Positions 42,352 to 51,736 of a DNA stretch of 64,000 bases are shown one piece after another. The position numbers were made by a program, and so were the translations under genes. The notes under the pieces were generated by a model. It made no database searches. It had not been told where the DNA came from and saw only the letters and a list, made by a program, of their open reading frames with translations. Source of the DNA: Candidatus Kapaibacterium sp. (GTDB lineage: Bacteria > Bacteroidota > Ignavibacteria > Kapaibacteriales > UBA2268); contig JBAYUQ010000006.1 of NCBI GenBank assembly GCA_041675005.1, positions 9,574-73,573 of the forward strand, written 5' to 3'. The first letter of the stretch is position 1. Each line of letters opens with the position of its first letter.

Positions 42352-43032
42352 ATGATTAAACATATAGTAGGAAATATCTTCACAACCAAAAAGCAAACTA
42401 TAGTAAATACTGTAAATTGTGTTGGAGTAATGGGTGCAGGGATTGCGCTAGAATTTAGACTTAGATACCCTGACATGTATCAAAAGTATGTTCAATTATG
42501 CAGCCAGAATTTGATAGATATAGGAAAACTATGGATATACAAAACTGAGAAAAAAAGAATATTAAATTTTCCAACTAAAAAGCATTGGAAAGCTCCTACA
42601 AAAGAGATTTATTTGCATAAAGGGTTAGAAAAGTTCTCAATGACATATAAAGAAAAAGGAATTACTTCAATAGCTTTTCCGCTTTTAGGAGCAAGTAATG
42701 GAGGGTTATCTAAAGAAAATTCTTTGTCAATTATGAAAGATTATCTATCTAAATGTGACATCGATATTGAAATATACGAGTATAGTCCTTTGGTTTATGA
42801 TGACCTTTTCTTGAACTTTAAAGATATATGGAATTCCAAATCACTTCATGAGCTATCTAATGAATCAGGTATATCTTTAAAGTATATTGAACGTATAAAT
42901 GCTGGCTTAGATTTAGAAAATATTAGAACATTAAGTCAATTAGCTAGTATTAAAGGAATTGGGTTTAAAACACTTGAGAAATCTTTTTATTACGTTAACA
43001 ATTCAAGTAAGCAAAACACACTCAATTTTTAA
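42352..43032 (+). CDS. darG: DarG-like macrodomain antitoxin; short form with a C-terminal HhH-like tail
   Basis: Macrodomain signature GNIFTT..QTIVNTVNCVGVMGAGIALEF. Immediately downstream of darT. C-terminal IKGIGFKTLEK. Confidence 0.75.
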   Translation: MIKHIVGNIFTTKKQTIVNTVNCVGVMGAGIALEFRLRYPDMYQKYVQLCSQNLIDIGKLWIYKTEKKRILNFPTKKHWKAPTKEIYLHKGLEKFSMTYKEKGITSIAFPLLGASNGGLSKENSLSIMKDYLSKCDIDIEIYEYSPLVYDDLFLNFKDIWNSKSLHELSNESGISLKYIERINAGLDLENIRTLSQLASIKGIGFKTLEKSFYYVNNSSKQNTLNF

Positions 43033-43068
43033 TCTAAATAACCTCTTTAAATGAATTTTCGAGAGAAA

Positions 43069-43092
43069 AAGGTGGTATTAAAGGTGGTATTA
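43069..43092 (+). repeat. perfect 12-bp tandem duplication (AAGGTGGTATTA x2)
   Basis: Read directly from the sequence. It encodes a KGGI-KGGI duplication in the frame of the HTH remnant. Confidence 0.6.
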
Positions 43093-43121
43093 AGTTAACA
43101 AAAAGACAAAAAGAAGTATTA

Positions 43122-43292
43122 ATGTTAATAGTAGAAAATCCTTCAATCGACCATGACACACTTGCTATCTCGTTAAGTATAAATAAGTCCGCTATTCAAA
43201 AACACATTAAGATGCTGAAAGAAAAAGGTGTTATTGAAAGAATTGGGGGTAAAAAACTTGGCTATTGGGAAATCATAGGTGAAGCAGATTGA
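43122..43292 (+). pseudogene. 3' remnant of a gene encoding a winged-helix HTH (the C-terminal DNA-binding domain of RecG-like / AlbA_2-type putative regulators)
   Basis: The frame is open from 43048 with no start codon until the ATG at 43122. It encodes ...LTKRQKEVLMLIVENPSIDHDTLAISLSINKSAIQKHIKMLKEKGVIERIGGKKLGYWEI. Upstream catalytic domains are missing. Confidence 0.35.
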
Positions 43293-44239
43293 AAACCATC
43301 CTCCAAACACCGAGATTAATACTCAGAGAATTTGAACTCTCGGATGCTGAGGATATGTATGAACTGAACTCAGATGACGAAGTTCTAAGATATACTGGAA
43401 ACTCAGCTTTTGGGTCAGTGGAAGATGCTCGTGGGTTTCTTTCTAATTACAATAACTATAAGAAAAATGGATATGGCCGTTGGGTAGTGATAAATAAGGA
43501 AAGTAAAGAATTTCTTGGCTGGTGTGGGCTTAAATATCACAGTGAAGGGTTTACAGATATTGGTTTTCGGTTTCACAGGAAGTATTGGGGAACAGGATAT
43601 GCAACTGAGTCAGCTAACTCTGTATTAGAATATGCTTTCAACACACTCGGTTTGACCGAGATTATAGGACGAGCTTCACAAGATAATATCGCTTCGATAA
43701 AAGTATTAGAGAAAATAGGCATGAAATTTTGGAAAATTGACTCTTGTGATGGTATTCCAAATTCAGTATATTACAAAATAGAAAATCTAAATACGAGAAA
43801 TACAAAAATGAACAAAAACCTTAGCGTAACGCATAGCATAGAAATAGATGGCTCGCCTGCAGATGTATGGGATGCAATGACTAATCCTAATAAGATAAAA
43901 GTATATCTGTACGGTACTGAAACTATAACAGATTGGAAAGTTGGCAGTCCTATTATTTTCCAAGGGGAATACGAAGGACACCAGTACAAAGACAAGGGCA
44001 ATGTATTAGAAAACGAGCCAAATAAATTACTCAAATACAACTATTGGAGTGGTTTTTCGGGTGCGGAAGATATACCAGAGAACTATCAGATTATAACATA
44101 CAAAATTGATGATATTGGGGATGGCAAAACAGTCTTCACATGGTACCAAGAAGGCTTCCAAAGCGAAGAAAATATGAAGCACTCACAAGATGGAATGCCT
44201 GCTATGTTAGAGCAAATAAAATATGTGGTTGAGGGTTAA
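43289..44239 (+). CDS. GNAT N-acetyltransferase (RimJ/RimL-like) fused to a C-terminal SRPBCC/AHSA1-like domain
   Basis: TTG start overlapping the TGA of the HTH remnant. N-terminal LILREFELSDAEDMYEL...RYTG and GNAT motif A. C-terminal Bet v1-like SVTHSIEIDGSPADVWDAMTNPNKI... Confidence 0.6.
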   Translation: MKTILQTPRLILREFELSDAEDMYELNSDDEVLRYTGNSAFGSVEDARGFLSNYNNYKKNGYGRWVVINKESKEFLGWCGLKYHSEGFTDIGFRFHRKYWGTGYATESANSVLEYAFNTLGLTEIIGRASQDNIASIKVLEKIGMKFWKIDSCDGIPNSVYYKIENLNTRNTKMNKNLSVTHSIEIDGSPADVWDAMTNPNKIKVYLYGTETITDWKVGSPIIFQGEYEGHQYKDKGNVLENEPNKLLKYNYWSGFSGAEDIPENYQIITYKIDDIGDGKTVFTWYQEGFQSEENMKHSQDGMPAMLEQIKYVVEG

Positions 44240-44913
44240 TCTTCAACTTTCATAAGATTATGTCCTTCGGTACTGAATATAGACTCAGGTACTTCATCAC
44301 GAATATTAACTATTCTAATATTAACATCCGCTTTACCAGTCTTGCTTTTCAAATCCAAGATAAGTGGTAGTGAGTTTATTCCAAATTTCTTGAACATCTC
44401 TAGCTCTCTCTTCGATTTACCTTTGCCTACGCTTTGGTAACTGAGGACTTGGAGCATAGAGAGTTCTATACTCTCGCATAGCCAAAGAGTCACCTCATAG
44501 TTCTCATCTTCAACTTTTGCTTCTTTGCAAACGTACCCATCTACATCTTTTGTTTCGCCAGTATAGAGCGATTCTTGATTAGTTAAAGTGCTCGTATTGG
44601 AATGAGATTCTGGCAAACCGGGCCAATGTTTCTCATCCATTGGTAGTATAAACCCACTCTTCTTTCCTTTTATCTCGAACAAGCTAGTAATAGTAGAATC
44701 GACGAAATCAAAGACTATCTTCATATCTGGTTGATTGCTCGGAGTATGTATGTAGATAGCAGACTTCGACTCTGTGAAATAGTAGTTGATAGTATCGTGG
44801 CTTGTGTTACCGTTATTAAAACTAAGTGTAGCATGTAAATCAAAACTCCCAGCGAATGGCTCGACTGCATTCAATGGTAACGCTAATAGTAACAGGAATA
44901 GTAATCGTAGCAT
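44236..44913 (-). CDS. secreted hypothetical protein
   Basis: Signal peptide MLRLLFLLLLALPLNA. Confidence 0.4.
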   Translation of the reverse strand: MLRLLFLLLLALPLNAVEPFAGSFDLHATLSFNNGNTSHDTINYYFTESKSAIYIHTPSNQPDMKIVFDFVDSTITSLFEIKGKKSGFILPMDEKHWPGLPESHSNTSTLTNQESLYTGETKDVDGYVCKEAKVEDENYEVTLWLCESIELSMLQVLSYQSVGKGKSKRELEMFKKFGINSLPLILDLKSKTGKADVNIRIVNIRDEVPESIFSTEGHNLMKVED

Positions 44914-44928
44914 AATTTTATCTCCAGT

Positions 44929-44957
44929 ATAAAAAAAGCCGACAAAAAGCCGGCTTA
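44929..44957 (-). terminator. rho-independent terminator, minus strand
   Basis: Minus-strand hairpin AAGCCGGCtttttgtCGGCTT followed by TTTTTTT, downstream of the gene ending at 44985. Confidence 0.6.
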
Positions 44958-44984
44958 AAAAATCGTAATAGTGTTATCGGCTAA

Positions 44985-45968
44985 CTATTTTTTGATAAAT
45001 TTCGTTGTAGTCAATTCACCATTTGATGATGTTACAACATTGTAAACACCAGTATTCAGACCTGATACATTCATCTGATGTCTAGTAACTCCATTCAAAT
45101 TAATAGAAGCCACCATTTTACCCATAACATCGAATAGCTGAATAGTTTCAACACTATTTACTGAGTTGATAGTAATCATGTCATCAGTTGGGTTGGGGAA
45201 TACTTGAAGCGTTTTCATTTCAGTATCTATCGAAACAGATGCTTGAGATATTTTCAAAGGGTTAACGGCATACCACTTCTGAATATTGATATCGCCCAAT
45301 GCAGACACCTCTTCGTGTAGTGCCAACCAGAATTTATAATCTTCAGAAACATAGAGATATTTATCAACTTGTTGAGCTGCAAGACCCGTTTCAGCTATCT
45401 TTACATGTATTCTAAGCACATTGTCAAAAGTACCAGCACCTGTTATTAGAGTACCCTTACCGTCTACTTCAGTTGTTACAGTCCCAGTTAAGGGAAATTC
45501 ATTTCCTCCGAATACATATTTTCCCTTATAGGTGCTGCTTTGTTTTGTTCCAAAACTCAAGGGTAAATTAAATTGGTTAATTGGTGGGTCAAAGAATGCT
45601 AAAATATTACTATTTGGATCTAGACTACTTCCAAAACCACTTATTTCCATTTTATCCATAATTGAGCTGTAATATTGGTAAGACTCACCGCTTGAAACAC
45701 CACACATTACTGCATCTGAGAATTCATCACCGAAAGGGGTACTAGCAGGACTAACGAAGTTGAAGTAATCTTCTCCACCATATTTGATAGTTGTGAAATC
45801 CCAAGTGACGTTCTCGCCACCTTCACCGGGTTCGAAGACTGTCAAATCATTATTAGTTCTAATAGCAACAGAATCGCCAAGAACTGGCATATTACTATTT
45901 GTATATTGCTGAGAAAATAGCTGTGTAGATAAGATTAACACACATACTAAAAGAGTAACTAGTTTCAT
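44985..45968 (-). CDS. secreted hypothetical protein with a T9SS C-terminal sorting domain
   Basis: Signal peptide. C-terminal LQVFPNPTDDMITINS...GVYNVVTSS... Confidence 0.5.
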   Translation of the reverse strand: MKLVTLLVCVLILSTQLFSQQYTNSNMPVLGDSVAIRTNNDLTVFEPGEGGENVTWDFTTIKYGGEDYFNFVSPASTPFGDEFSDAVMCGVSSGESYQYYSSIMDKMEISGFGSSLDPNSNILAFFDPPINQFNLPLSFGTKQSSTYKGKYVFGGNEFPLTGTVTTEVDGKGTLITGAGTFDNVLRIHVKIAETGLAAQQVDKYLYVSEDYKFWLALHEEVSALGDINIQKWYAVNPLKISQASVSIDTEMKTLQVFPNPTDDMITINSVNSVETIQLFDVMGKMVASINLNGVTRHQMNVSGLNTGVYNVVTSSNGELTTTKFIKK

Positions 45969-46046
45969 CTCTAACCTCTTTTGGAAGAATTTTAAAAATT
46001 GATAATTCCAATATATAAAATAAAGTAGGAAAATAAAATTAGTTAT

Positions 46047-46610
46047 TTAATAAAAATCACAACCTATAAAGTGATCATTCACCATTCCAGTTGCTTGCAT
46101 AAAAGCATAGCTAGTAGTAGGCCCTATGAACTTAAATCCTCGCTTCTTTAGTGTTTTGCTCATTAGTGTTGCTTCGGGAGTAATGGCCGGAATATCCGAC
46201 ATACTTTTTCTATTATTTAATATAGGTTTGTGATTTACAAACTGCCAGATATACTTATCGAACGAACCATACTCTTTCTGAATTTCAAGAAAGATATTGG
46301 CGTTGTTAATTGCCGCCTCAATTTTCAATCGGTTTCTTATTATTCCACTATCAGCCAGTAATCTTATTATTTCCTTATCACCATATTTCGCTACCTTCTT
46401 TGCATCGAAATTATCGAAAGCTTTTCGGAAATTCTTTCTCTTTCTTAGTATCGTTATCCAGCTCAGTCCAGCTTGGAAAGACTCTAATATCAAAAATTCA
46501 AATAACTGCTGATCATCATGAAGTGGTTTCCCCCATTCCTTATCATGGTAATCCATATATAGTGTGTCATCTCCACACCAAGGACATCTTACTATTATCT
46601 TTTCTTCCAT
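46047..46610 (-). CDS. tag: DNA-3-methyladenine glycosylase I
   Basis: RCPWCG...YHDKEWGKP...FEFLILESFQAGLSWITILRKRKNFRKAF match the Tag signature. Confidence 0.85.
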   Translation of the reverse strand: MEEKIIVRCPWCGDDTLYMDYHDKEWGKPLHDDQQLFEFLILESFQAGLSWITILRKRKNFRKAFDNFDAKKVAKYGDKEIIRLLADSGIIRNRLKIEAAINNANIFLEIQKEYGSFDKYIWQFVNHKPILNNRKSMSDIPAITPEATLMSKTLKKRGFKFIGPTTSYAFMQATGMVNDHFIGCDFY

Positions 46611-46700
46611 ACGTACTCTCTTTTTACTGAATTTATAAAATAATTGTGACTAAAAAAGTCATTATATTAGACAAAGTTATTAATCAAAATACAAAACCTA

Positions 46701-47729
46701 ATGCGAAACTTAGTAATAACGACAATTACATTTATAATCCTATCTTTCAGCGCCCAATCACAAGATGTATTAATTTACTCTGATGATGGGACTTGGGAAG
46801 ATGGGATTATTGCTTTGGAGCACTTTTTCGATTACCAAAATGTAACTCATATTCGGTTATACGCTGCTGATTTGAATGCTGACACTTGGAACAAGGAAGC
46901 TCTGTCTATTGTCTTCCCAGGTGGGTATGCATATAATTATCAGTTAGCTATTAGTTTAGATGCAGTAGATGAAATCCGTAGTTATGTCGCAAATGGTGGT
47001 GGGTTTATTGGTATTTGCGCTGGTGCCTATTTCGCTTCAAAAGCTGTGGCTTGGGAAAATGAAATTTATCCCTACGAATTGGCATTATTTGATGGAATGA
47101 CATTCGGCTCATTGAAATACATTGCCCCTTGGCCTAATTACTCAATGACTGGGATTACAATTAATAAAAACAATCCTATCGGTAAAGACGAACCAGTTAA
47201 AAATTCAGTTCTATATTACGGTGGTCCTATATTCAAACCGAATGTGGGAGTTGAGGTAGATACAATCGCTACTTGGGATACTGCAGAAAACACTCTTGCT
47301 ATTATCAATTTTGAGTATGAAAAAGGGAAGGTCTTACTCATCGGGCCACACCTTGAAATAGAAGAAAGTGATGATAGAGACGGAACTGAGTTTGCAGCTG
47401 AGTTAGATGATGTAGAGAGCGATTGGGGACTTTTGGAAAATGGTTTCAAATGGTTGACTAATAAAACTCAAACATCAGTTGAAGTTAATTACTATAATAG
47501 AGAAATATATATTTATCCTAACCCTCTGAATGATTATATATACTTAGAAGTAAGCTCTAGCGTAGGCTATAATGGCTATAACATTTACAATATACATGGG
47601 GAAAATGTAGAAACAAGTAATAATGCTTCTTTGAAAATTGACATTACAGGTTTAATTTCGGGGAGCTATATACTAGAAATTACGACAGAATCGGGGAAAG
47701 TAAATAGACAAAAATTCATCAAGGAATAG
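46701..47729 (+). CDS. secreted protein with a class-I glutamine-amidotransferase-like (BPL_N/ThuA-like) domain and a T9SS C-terminal sorting domain
   Basis: Signal peptide. GGGFIGICAGAYFAS elbow. C-terminal IYIYPNPLNDYIYLEV...GSYILEI... Confidence 0.4.
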   Translation: MRNLVITTITFIILSFSAQSQDVLIYSDDGTWEDGIIALEHFFDYQNVTHIRLYAADLNADTWNKEALSIVFPGGYAYNYQLAISLDAVDEIRSYVANGGGFIGICAGAYFASKAVAWENEIYPYELALFDGMTFGSLKYIAPWPNYSMTGITINKNNPIGKDEPVKNSVLYYGGPIFKPNVGVEVDTIATWDTAENTLAIINFEYEKGKVLLIGPHLEIEESDDRDGTEFAAELDDVESDWGLLENGFKWLTNKTQTSVEVNYYNREIYIYPNPLNDYIYLEVSSSVGYNGYNIYNIHGENVETSNNASLKIDITGLISGSYILEITTESGKVNRQKFIKE

Positions 47730-47733
47730 GTGA

Positions 47734-48078
47734 CTAAGCCTTCGGGCTTTCACCATATTTATTTGTACCCTCGTCGCCTTCCTGGATGGTGTAGTACATT
47801 ATCATAACAGCCCCTACGAATATCAGGAGATAAAGTAAAGCGTATTTACCCGATTTACCCAAATCATGAAATCTACGAACTGTGACACTGATAGTAGGTA
47901 TAAATATAAATGCTAGGTATGTTAGCGTCAGATAATAAGCTATGCCTAATTCTACTTCTATAACAGAAAGCACTAAGTAAGCAATGAAATTTGTAAGGAA
48001 AAAATGCCAGAATTCTCTTCTCCTAGCCCTTCCCTTGAAGCTCATATAATTACTTAATGCTTTGTTATAATATTTCAT
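47734..48078 (-). CDS. DUF805-family inner-membrane protein
   Basis: FKGRARRREFWHFFL signature plus TM helices. Confidence 0.7.
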   Translation of the reverse strand: MKYYNKALSNYMSFKGRARRREFWHFFLTNFIAYLVLSVIEVELGIAYYLTLTYLAFIFIPTISVTVRRFHDLGKSGKYALLYLLIFVGAVMIMYYTIQEGDEGTNKYGESPKA

Positions 48079-48101
48079 TTATTAGTCATCTAATATATAG
48101 A

Positions 48102-50006
48102 CTATTCTTTTATGAACTTATGCGTTTCTTTAGTATTACCAATTGTTTTAGTTATGAAGTAAACTCCACTATTAAGACTATTGACATTAATACTCTTCAG
48201 ACCTTCTATATTAAAACTGTCAATAACAGTGCCATTTAATGAAGTGAGAGTATATTTTGTCTCTGCGGTAGGTTTCGTATCGTTTATTGTTATTTCATTT
48301 CTTGCCGGATTAGGTGCAATAGAAACTGTTTTCTCTTTGACTGACTCAACTGATGAAGAAGCATCGCCGATTCTAATATTATCTAAGTATATAGTGCCAC
48401 CTTGACCTGAAACTAACGAGAATTTCAAAGTTGAATTTGATTGAAAACTATAATCTGATAAATCTATATTAATAGTTCCCCACTCATCATTATTTGGTAC
48501 AAATATAGCTGAAGTTATGTCCAAAGGGTTTACAATTGGTTCATCAGCAGTAGCTAATTCGGCACCAGATTTTTCGAATAATAAGTCATAAGTATCACCA
48601 CAATCATTAGAAATAAATACTCTTAAAGTATCAGTAAATATAACGTCTTGTGTGAAATATGGTGGCGTATATTTGTGATAATTAAATGCGTAATCGAAGA
48701 TAACTGATTTATTTTCTAATTGAGTTAAATCAAAATATGGAGAAAGTAAATCCTCTGAAAGACCTTGACTAGTAAAAAGCAAAACCGTATTGAATGTTGA
48801 CATGGAATTATTACCAGATTTAGAAACATCGCTATCGACAGACCAAGTAAGTAAATTACCTTCTGATTCATTGAACCAATCTTCATAATGTTTTTCATTA
48901 CCTTCAAAACCCATGATTAGTGATTCACTTATTGATTCATCATACATATAAATTTCACCAGAAATCGAATTGTTATTTACATTCAAATCTGTTCCAGTTG
49001 AAGGTTCGGCAATAACTTCAATATTATTTTTACCACTTAGAAGGGCTAAATCATCATCATTTAGTGAAATAGTTAGTGCTTTATATGGATCTAGAGTAAT
49101 ATCGGGAGTGAATTCCTTGACTTTGCCATTGATTATTACTTTCACATTTATTTTTCCCGAAGTTATACCCCCAAAATTTCTGATTAATAAGTTTGTTGTA
49201 AGAGTATTATCACAAGTCCTTTGAGGCATATCCAATTCAACCATTTGAATATCTACACCATCACGATATGGATTATTTATAAAGTTGAAGAAATTAACTT
49301 CAATTTGAGATGGTGGTATTGTATGTGGCATATTTGTAATTTGAACTCTATATACTATCCCATTTTCTTTAATTATTTTCTTTTCTAATTTTTGATTGAT
49401 TTCTAAATAAGCGAAATCATCTTCCCCGTGAACTATAGCAATTGGTATTTTACTTGAGTTCTTGTAATTAATTGAATAATCAAGACCCAGTTTATTTTCT
49501 AAATCATAAATACCTTGAATTGCTGGAGTATTCAGAACTAAACCTTTAAACGTATCTGGATTGTCTAATCCAAAAATCAAAGCACTACGTCCTCCGAGTG
49601 AAAAACCCTGTAAGATTATTTCGTTATTATCTATATTTGAATATAATGATTTAGCTTTACTTATAGCTTCATTTATAATTTGTTCATCGCCAGCGGGAGC
49701 ATAAAAATCTCTTGACTGATCACTTCCACCATCAGGATATACGAAAATAGTATTAGGTATTACTGTTTCCCATTTTAATGTACTATGAATGGCCGCTCTG
49801 TAATTACTCGAATTGTCACCAGCTCCATGAAGTCCAACCATTAGTTTATAAGTAGAATCCGGACTATAATTTAATGGGACATAGAAAGAAACAGTTCTTT
49901 GCTCTCCATTAAAAGTAATATTTTCATCGAAACTTCCTGTCTTTTGAGCATAAGTGTTTATTGATAGTGCTATGCTAGCACATATTAGAAGTAATAGTGT
50001 TTTCAT
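48102..50006 (-). CDS. secreted esterase (PHB-depolymerase-family alpha/beta hydrolase) with a T9SS C-terminal sorting domain
   Basis: Signal peptide. GLHGAGDN...VYPDG and nucleophile elbow GFSLGG. C-terminal VSIAPNPARNEITIND...GVYFITK... Confidence 0.6.
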   Translation of the reverse strand: MKTLLLLICASIALSINTYAQKTGSFDENITFNGEQRTVSFYVPLNYSPDSTYKLMVGLHGAGDNSSNYRAAIHSTLKWETVIPNTIFVYPDGGSDQSRDFYAPAGDEQIINEAISKAKSLYSNIDNNEIILQGFSLGGRSALIFGLDNPDTFKGLVLNTPAIQGIYDLENKLGLDYSINYKNSSKIPIAIVHGEDDFAYLEINQKLEKKIIKENGIVYRVQITNMPHTIPPSQIEVNFFNFINNPYRDGVDIQMVELDMPQRTCDNTLTTNLLIRNFGGITSGKINVKVIINGKVKEFTPDITLDPYKALTISLNDDDLALLSGKNNIEVIAEPSTGTDLNVNNNSISGEIYMYDESISESLIMGFEGNEKHYEDWFNESEGNLLTWSVDSDVSKSGNNSMSTFNTVLLFTSQGLSEDLLSPYFDLTQLENKSVIFDYAFNYHKYTPPYFTQDVIFTDTLRVFISNDCGDTYDLLFEKSGAELATADEPIVNPLDITSAIFVPNNDEWGTINIDLSDYSFQSNSTLKFSLVSGQGGTIYLDNIRIGDASSSVESVKEKTVSIAPNPARNEITINDTKPTAETKYTLTSLNGTVIDSFNIEGLKSINVNSLNSGVYFITKTIGNTKETHKFIKE

Positions 50007-50067
50007 ATCTCTAAAATTTTGATTTGTTAAAAAAAACTAATGGTTAAACAATAATTTCTTAAAATAG

Positions 50068-51597
50068 TTACTTATTTCTCTTCAAAGTGAATAAATCTTT
50101 TCTTCTATCACGTAAGTTCTTTACACTACCGAATTGATTTAGCTCTCGTAGTAAATCTATATCAACATCAGCAATTAGTATCATCTCAGTATTAGTAGTT
50201 GCCTCTGCTTTTATTCCACTAGCTGGGAAAGCAAAATCGCAAGGAGTAAATACCATTGATTGAGCGAACTGAATATCCATATTATGTACTTTTGGCAAAT
50301 TACCAACACTACCAGCTATTGCTACATAGCACTCATTTTCAATTGCTCTTGCTTGGGCACAATTACGGACACGAGAGTAACCATTTTGTGTATCTGTTAG
50401 GAAGGGAATGAAAAGTATATCCATACCCTCATCAGCCAATAGGCGACTAAGTTCTGGGAACTCTACGTCATAGCATATCAGAATTCCAATTTTTCCGCAA
50501 TCTGTGTCGTATGCCTTTAGCTCATACCCACCTTGCATACCCCATATACGTGCTTCATCTGGAGTGACGTGTAGCTTCTCGTATCTCTCAGTAGTACCAT
50601 CACGGCGACATAGATACCCGACATTGAACAAGAGATTGTCCTTTATCTCAGGCATACTTCCTGTTATTACATTTATATTGTAAGATATAGCTAGTTCTGA
50701 TATTTTCTGAACTATAATCTCAGTATGTTTTGCTAGCTCACGAATTGCTTCTGATTCGGAAAGATGATTATTTTCTGCCATTAGCGGCGCATTGAAAAAC
50801 TCTGGGAATAGTGCAAAGTCTGACCTGTAACCTGAAACAGTATCTATAAAATACTCTACTTGTTGCATCAATTCTTCAAGGTCATTATATGGTCTCATCT
50901 GCCATTGTATAAGTCCCAATCGTACTATCTTTTTCTGAGAAACAGCTTCTTTCGATTTCTTCTCGTAATATATATTATCCCATTTCAGCAGTACAGCATA
51001 TTCACTTGATTGCTTGTCACCTTCCAAATATCCTTTAAGTATTCTAGATGGATGGAAATCATTTGAAATCTGAAAGTTCAAAACAGGATCATCTATCTCT
51101 TTTCTACGTACTTTTTCTATGTATTCTTTTGGAGATATTTCGTCTTCGTATCTGTGGTAATTAGGTATCCTCCCACCGAAGGCAATTCCTTTTAGGTTTA
51201 ATTTCTCGCAGAGCTCTTTTCTATAATCATAAAGCCGTCTAGCTAATCTAAGTCCACGGAACTCAGGCTTGATGAATACATCTACACCGTAGAGCACTTC
51301 ACCGTTTGGCTTGTGGGTGCTGAATGTACAGTTGCCAGTTATTTCGTTGTATGTGTGATTGCTTTCTACTTTAGCCGAGTTAACTAGTATAGATAAGGCA
51401 CAACCTGCTAGTTGGTTATTCACTCTTATAACTACTTGACCGTCAGGGAATTTATCTATTAGAGTTTTTATCTGGAATTCTTCCCAATAGTCGTGCGGCA
51501 TATTTGCGTACGATTCTATCATTGCATTTTTTAGTTCTTCGTAATCGTCAGAGGTAAGATAGCCGAGTTCTATATTTTCTATTTCTTGTTTTATCAT
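50068..51597 (-). CDS. bifunctional GNAT acetyltransferase / carbon-nitrogen hydrolase (nitrilase superfamily) protein
   Basis: N-terminal GNAT motif (QLAGCAL...RGLRLARRL). C-terminal CN-hydrolase with catalytic Cys in GILICYD and the E/K partners. Confidence 0.65.
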   Translation of the reverse strand: MIKQEIENIELGYLTSDDYEELKNAMIESYANMPHDYWEEFQIKTLIDKFPDGQVVIRVNNQLAGCALSILVNSAKVESNHTYNEITGNCTFSTHKPNGEVLYGVDVFIKPEFRGLRLARRLYDYRKELCEKLNLKGIAFGGRIPNYHRYEDEISPKEYIEKVRRKEIDDPVLNFQISNDFHPSRILKGYLEGDKQSSEYAVLLKWDNIYYEKKSKEAVSQKKIVRLGLIQWQMRPYNDLEELMQQVEYFIDTVSGYRSDFALFPEFFNAPLMAENNHLSESEAIRELAKHTEIIVQKISELAISYNINVITGSMPEIKDNLLFNVGYLCRRDGTTERYEKLHVTPDEARIWGMQGGYELKAYDTDCGKIGILICYDVEFPELSRLLADEGMDILFIPFLTDTQNGYSRVRNCAQARAIENECYVAIAGSVGNLPKVHNMDIQFAQSMVFTPCDFAFPASGIKAEATTNTEMILIADVDIDLLRELNQFGSVKNLRDRRKDLFTLKRNK

Positions 51598-51736
51598 ACT
51601 TTTTTGTATTTTGTTTTTGGTTAGTTCCTAATATAAAGATAAATAAATCATCGTTTATATTATTTCTTTACTACAATTAAGCAATATTATTGTTTAGTTT
51701 TAGTTATAGAAAATACAACAATTCTGAGAAACAATT

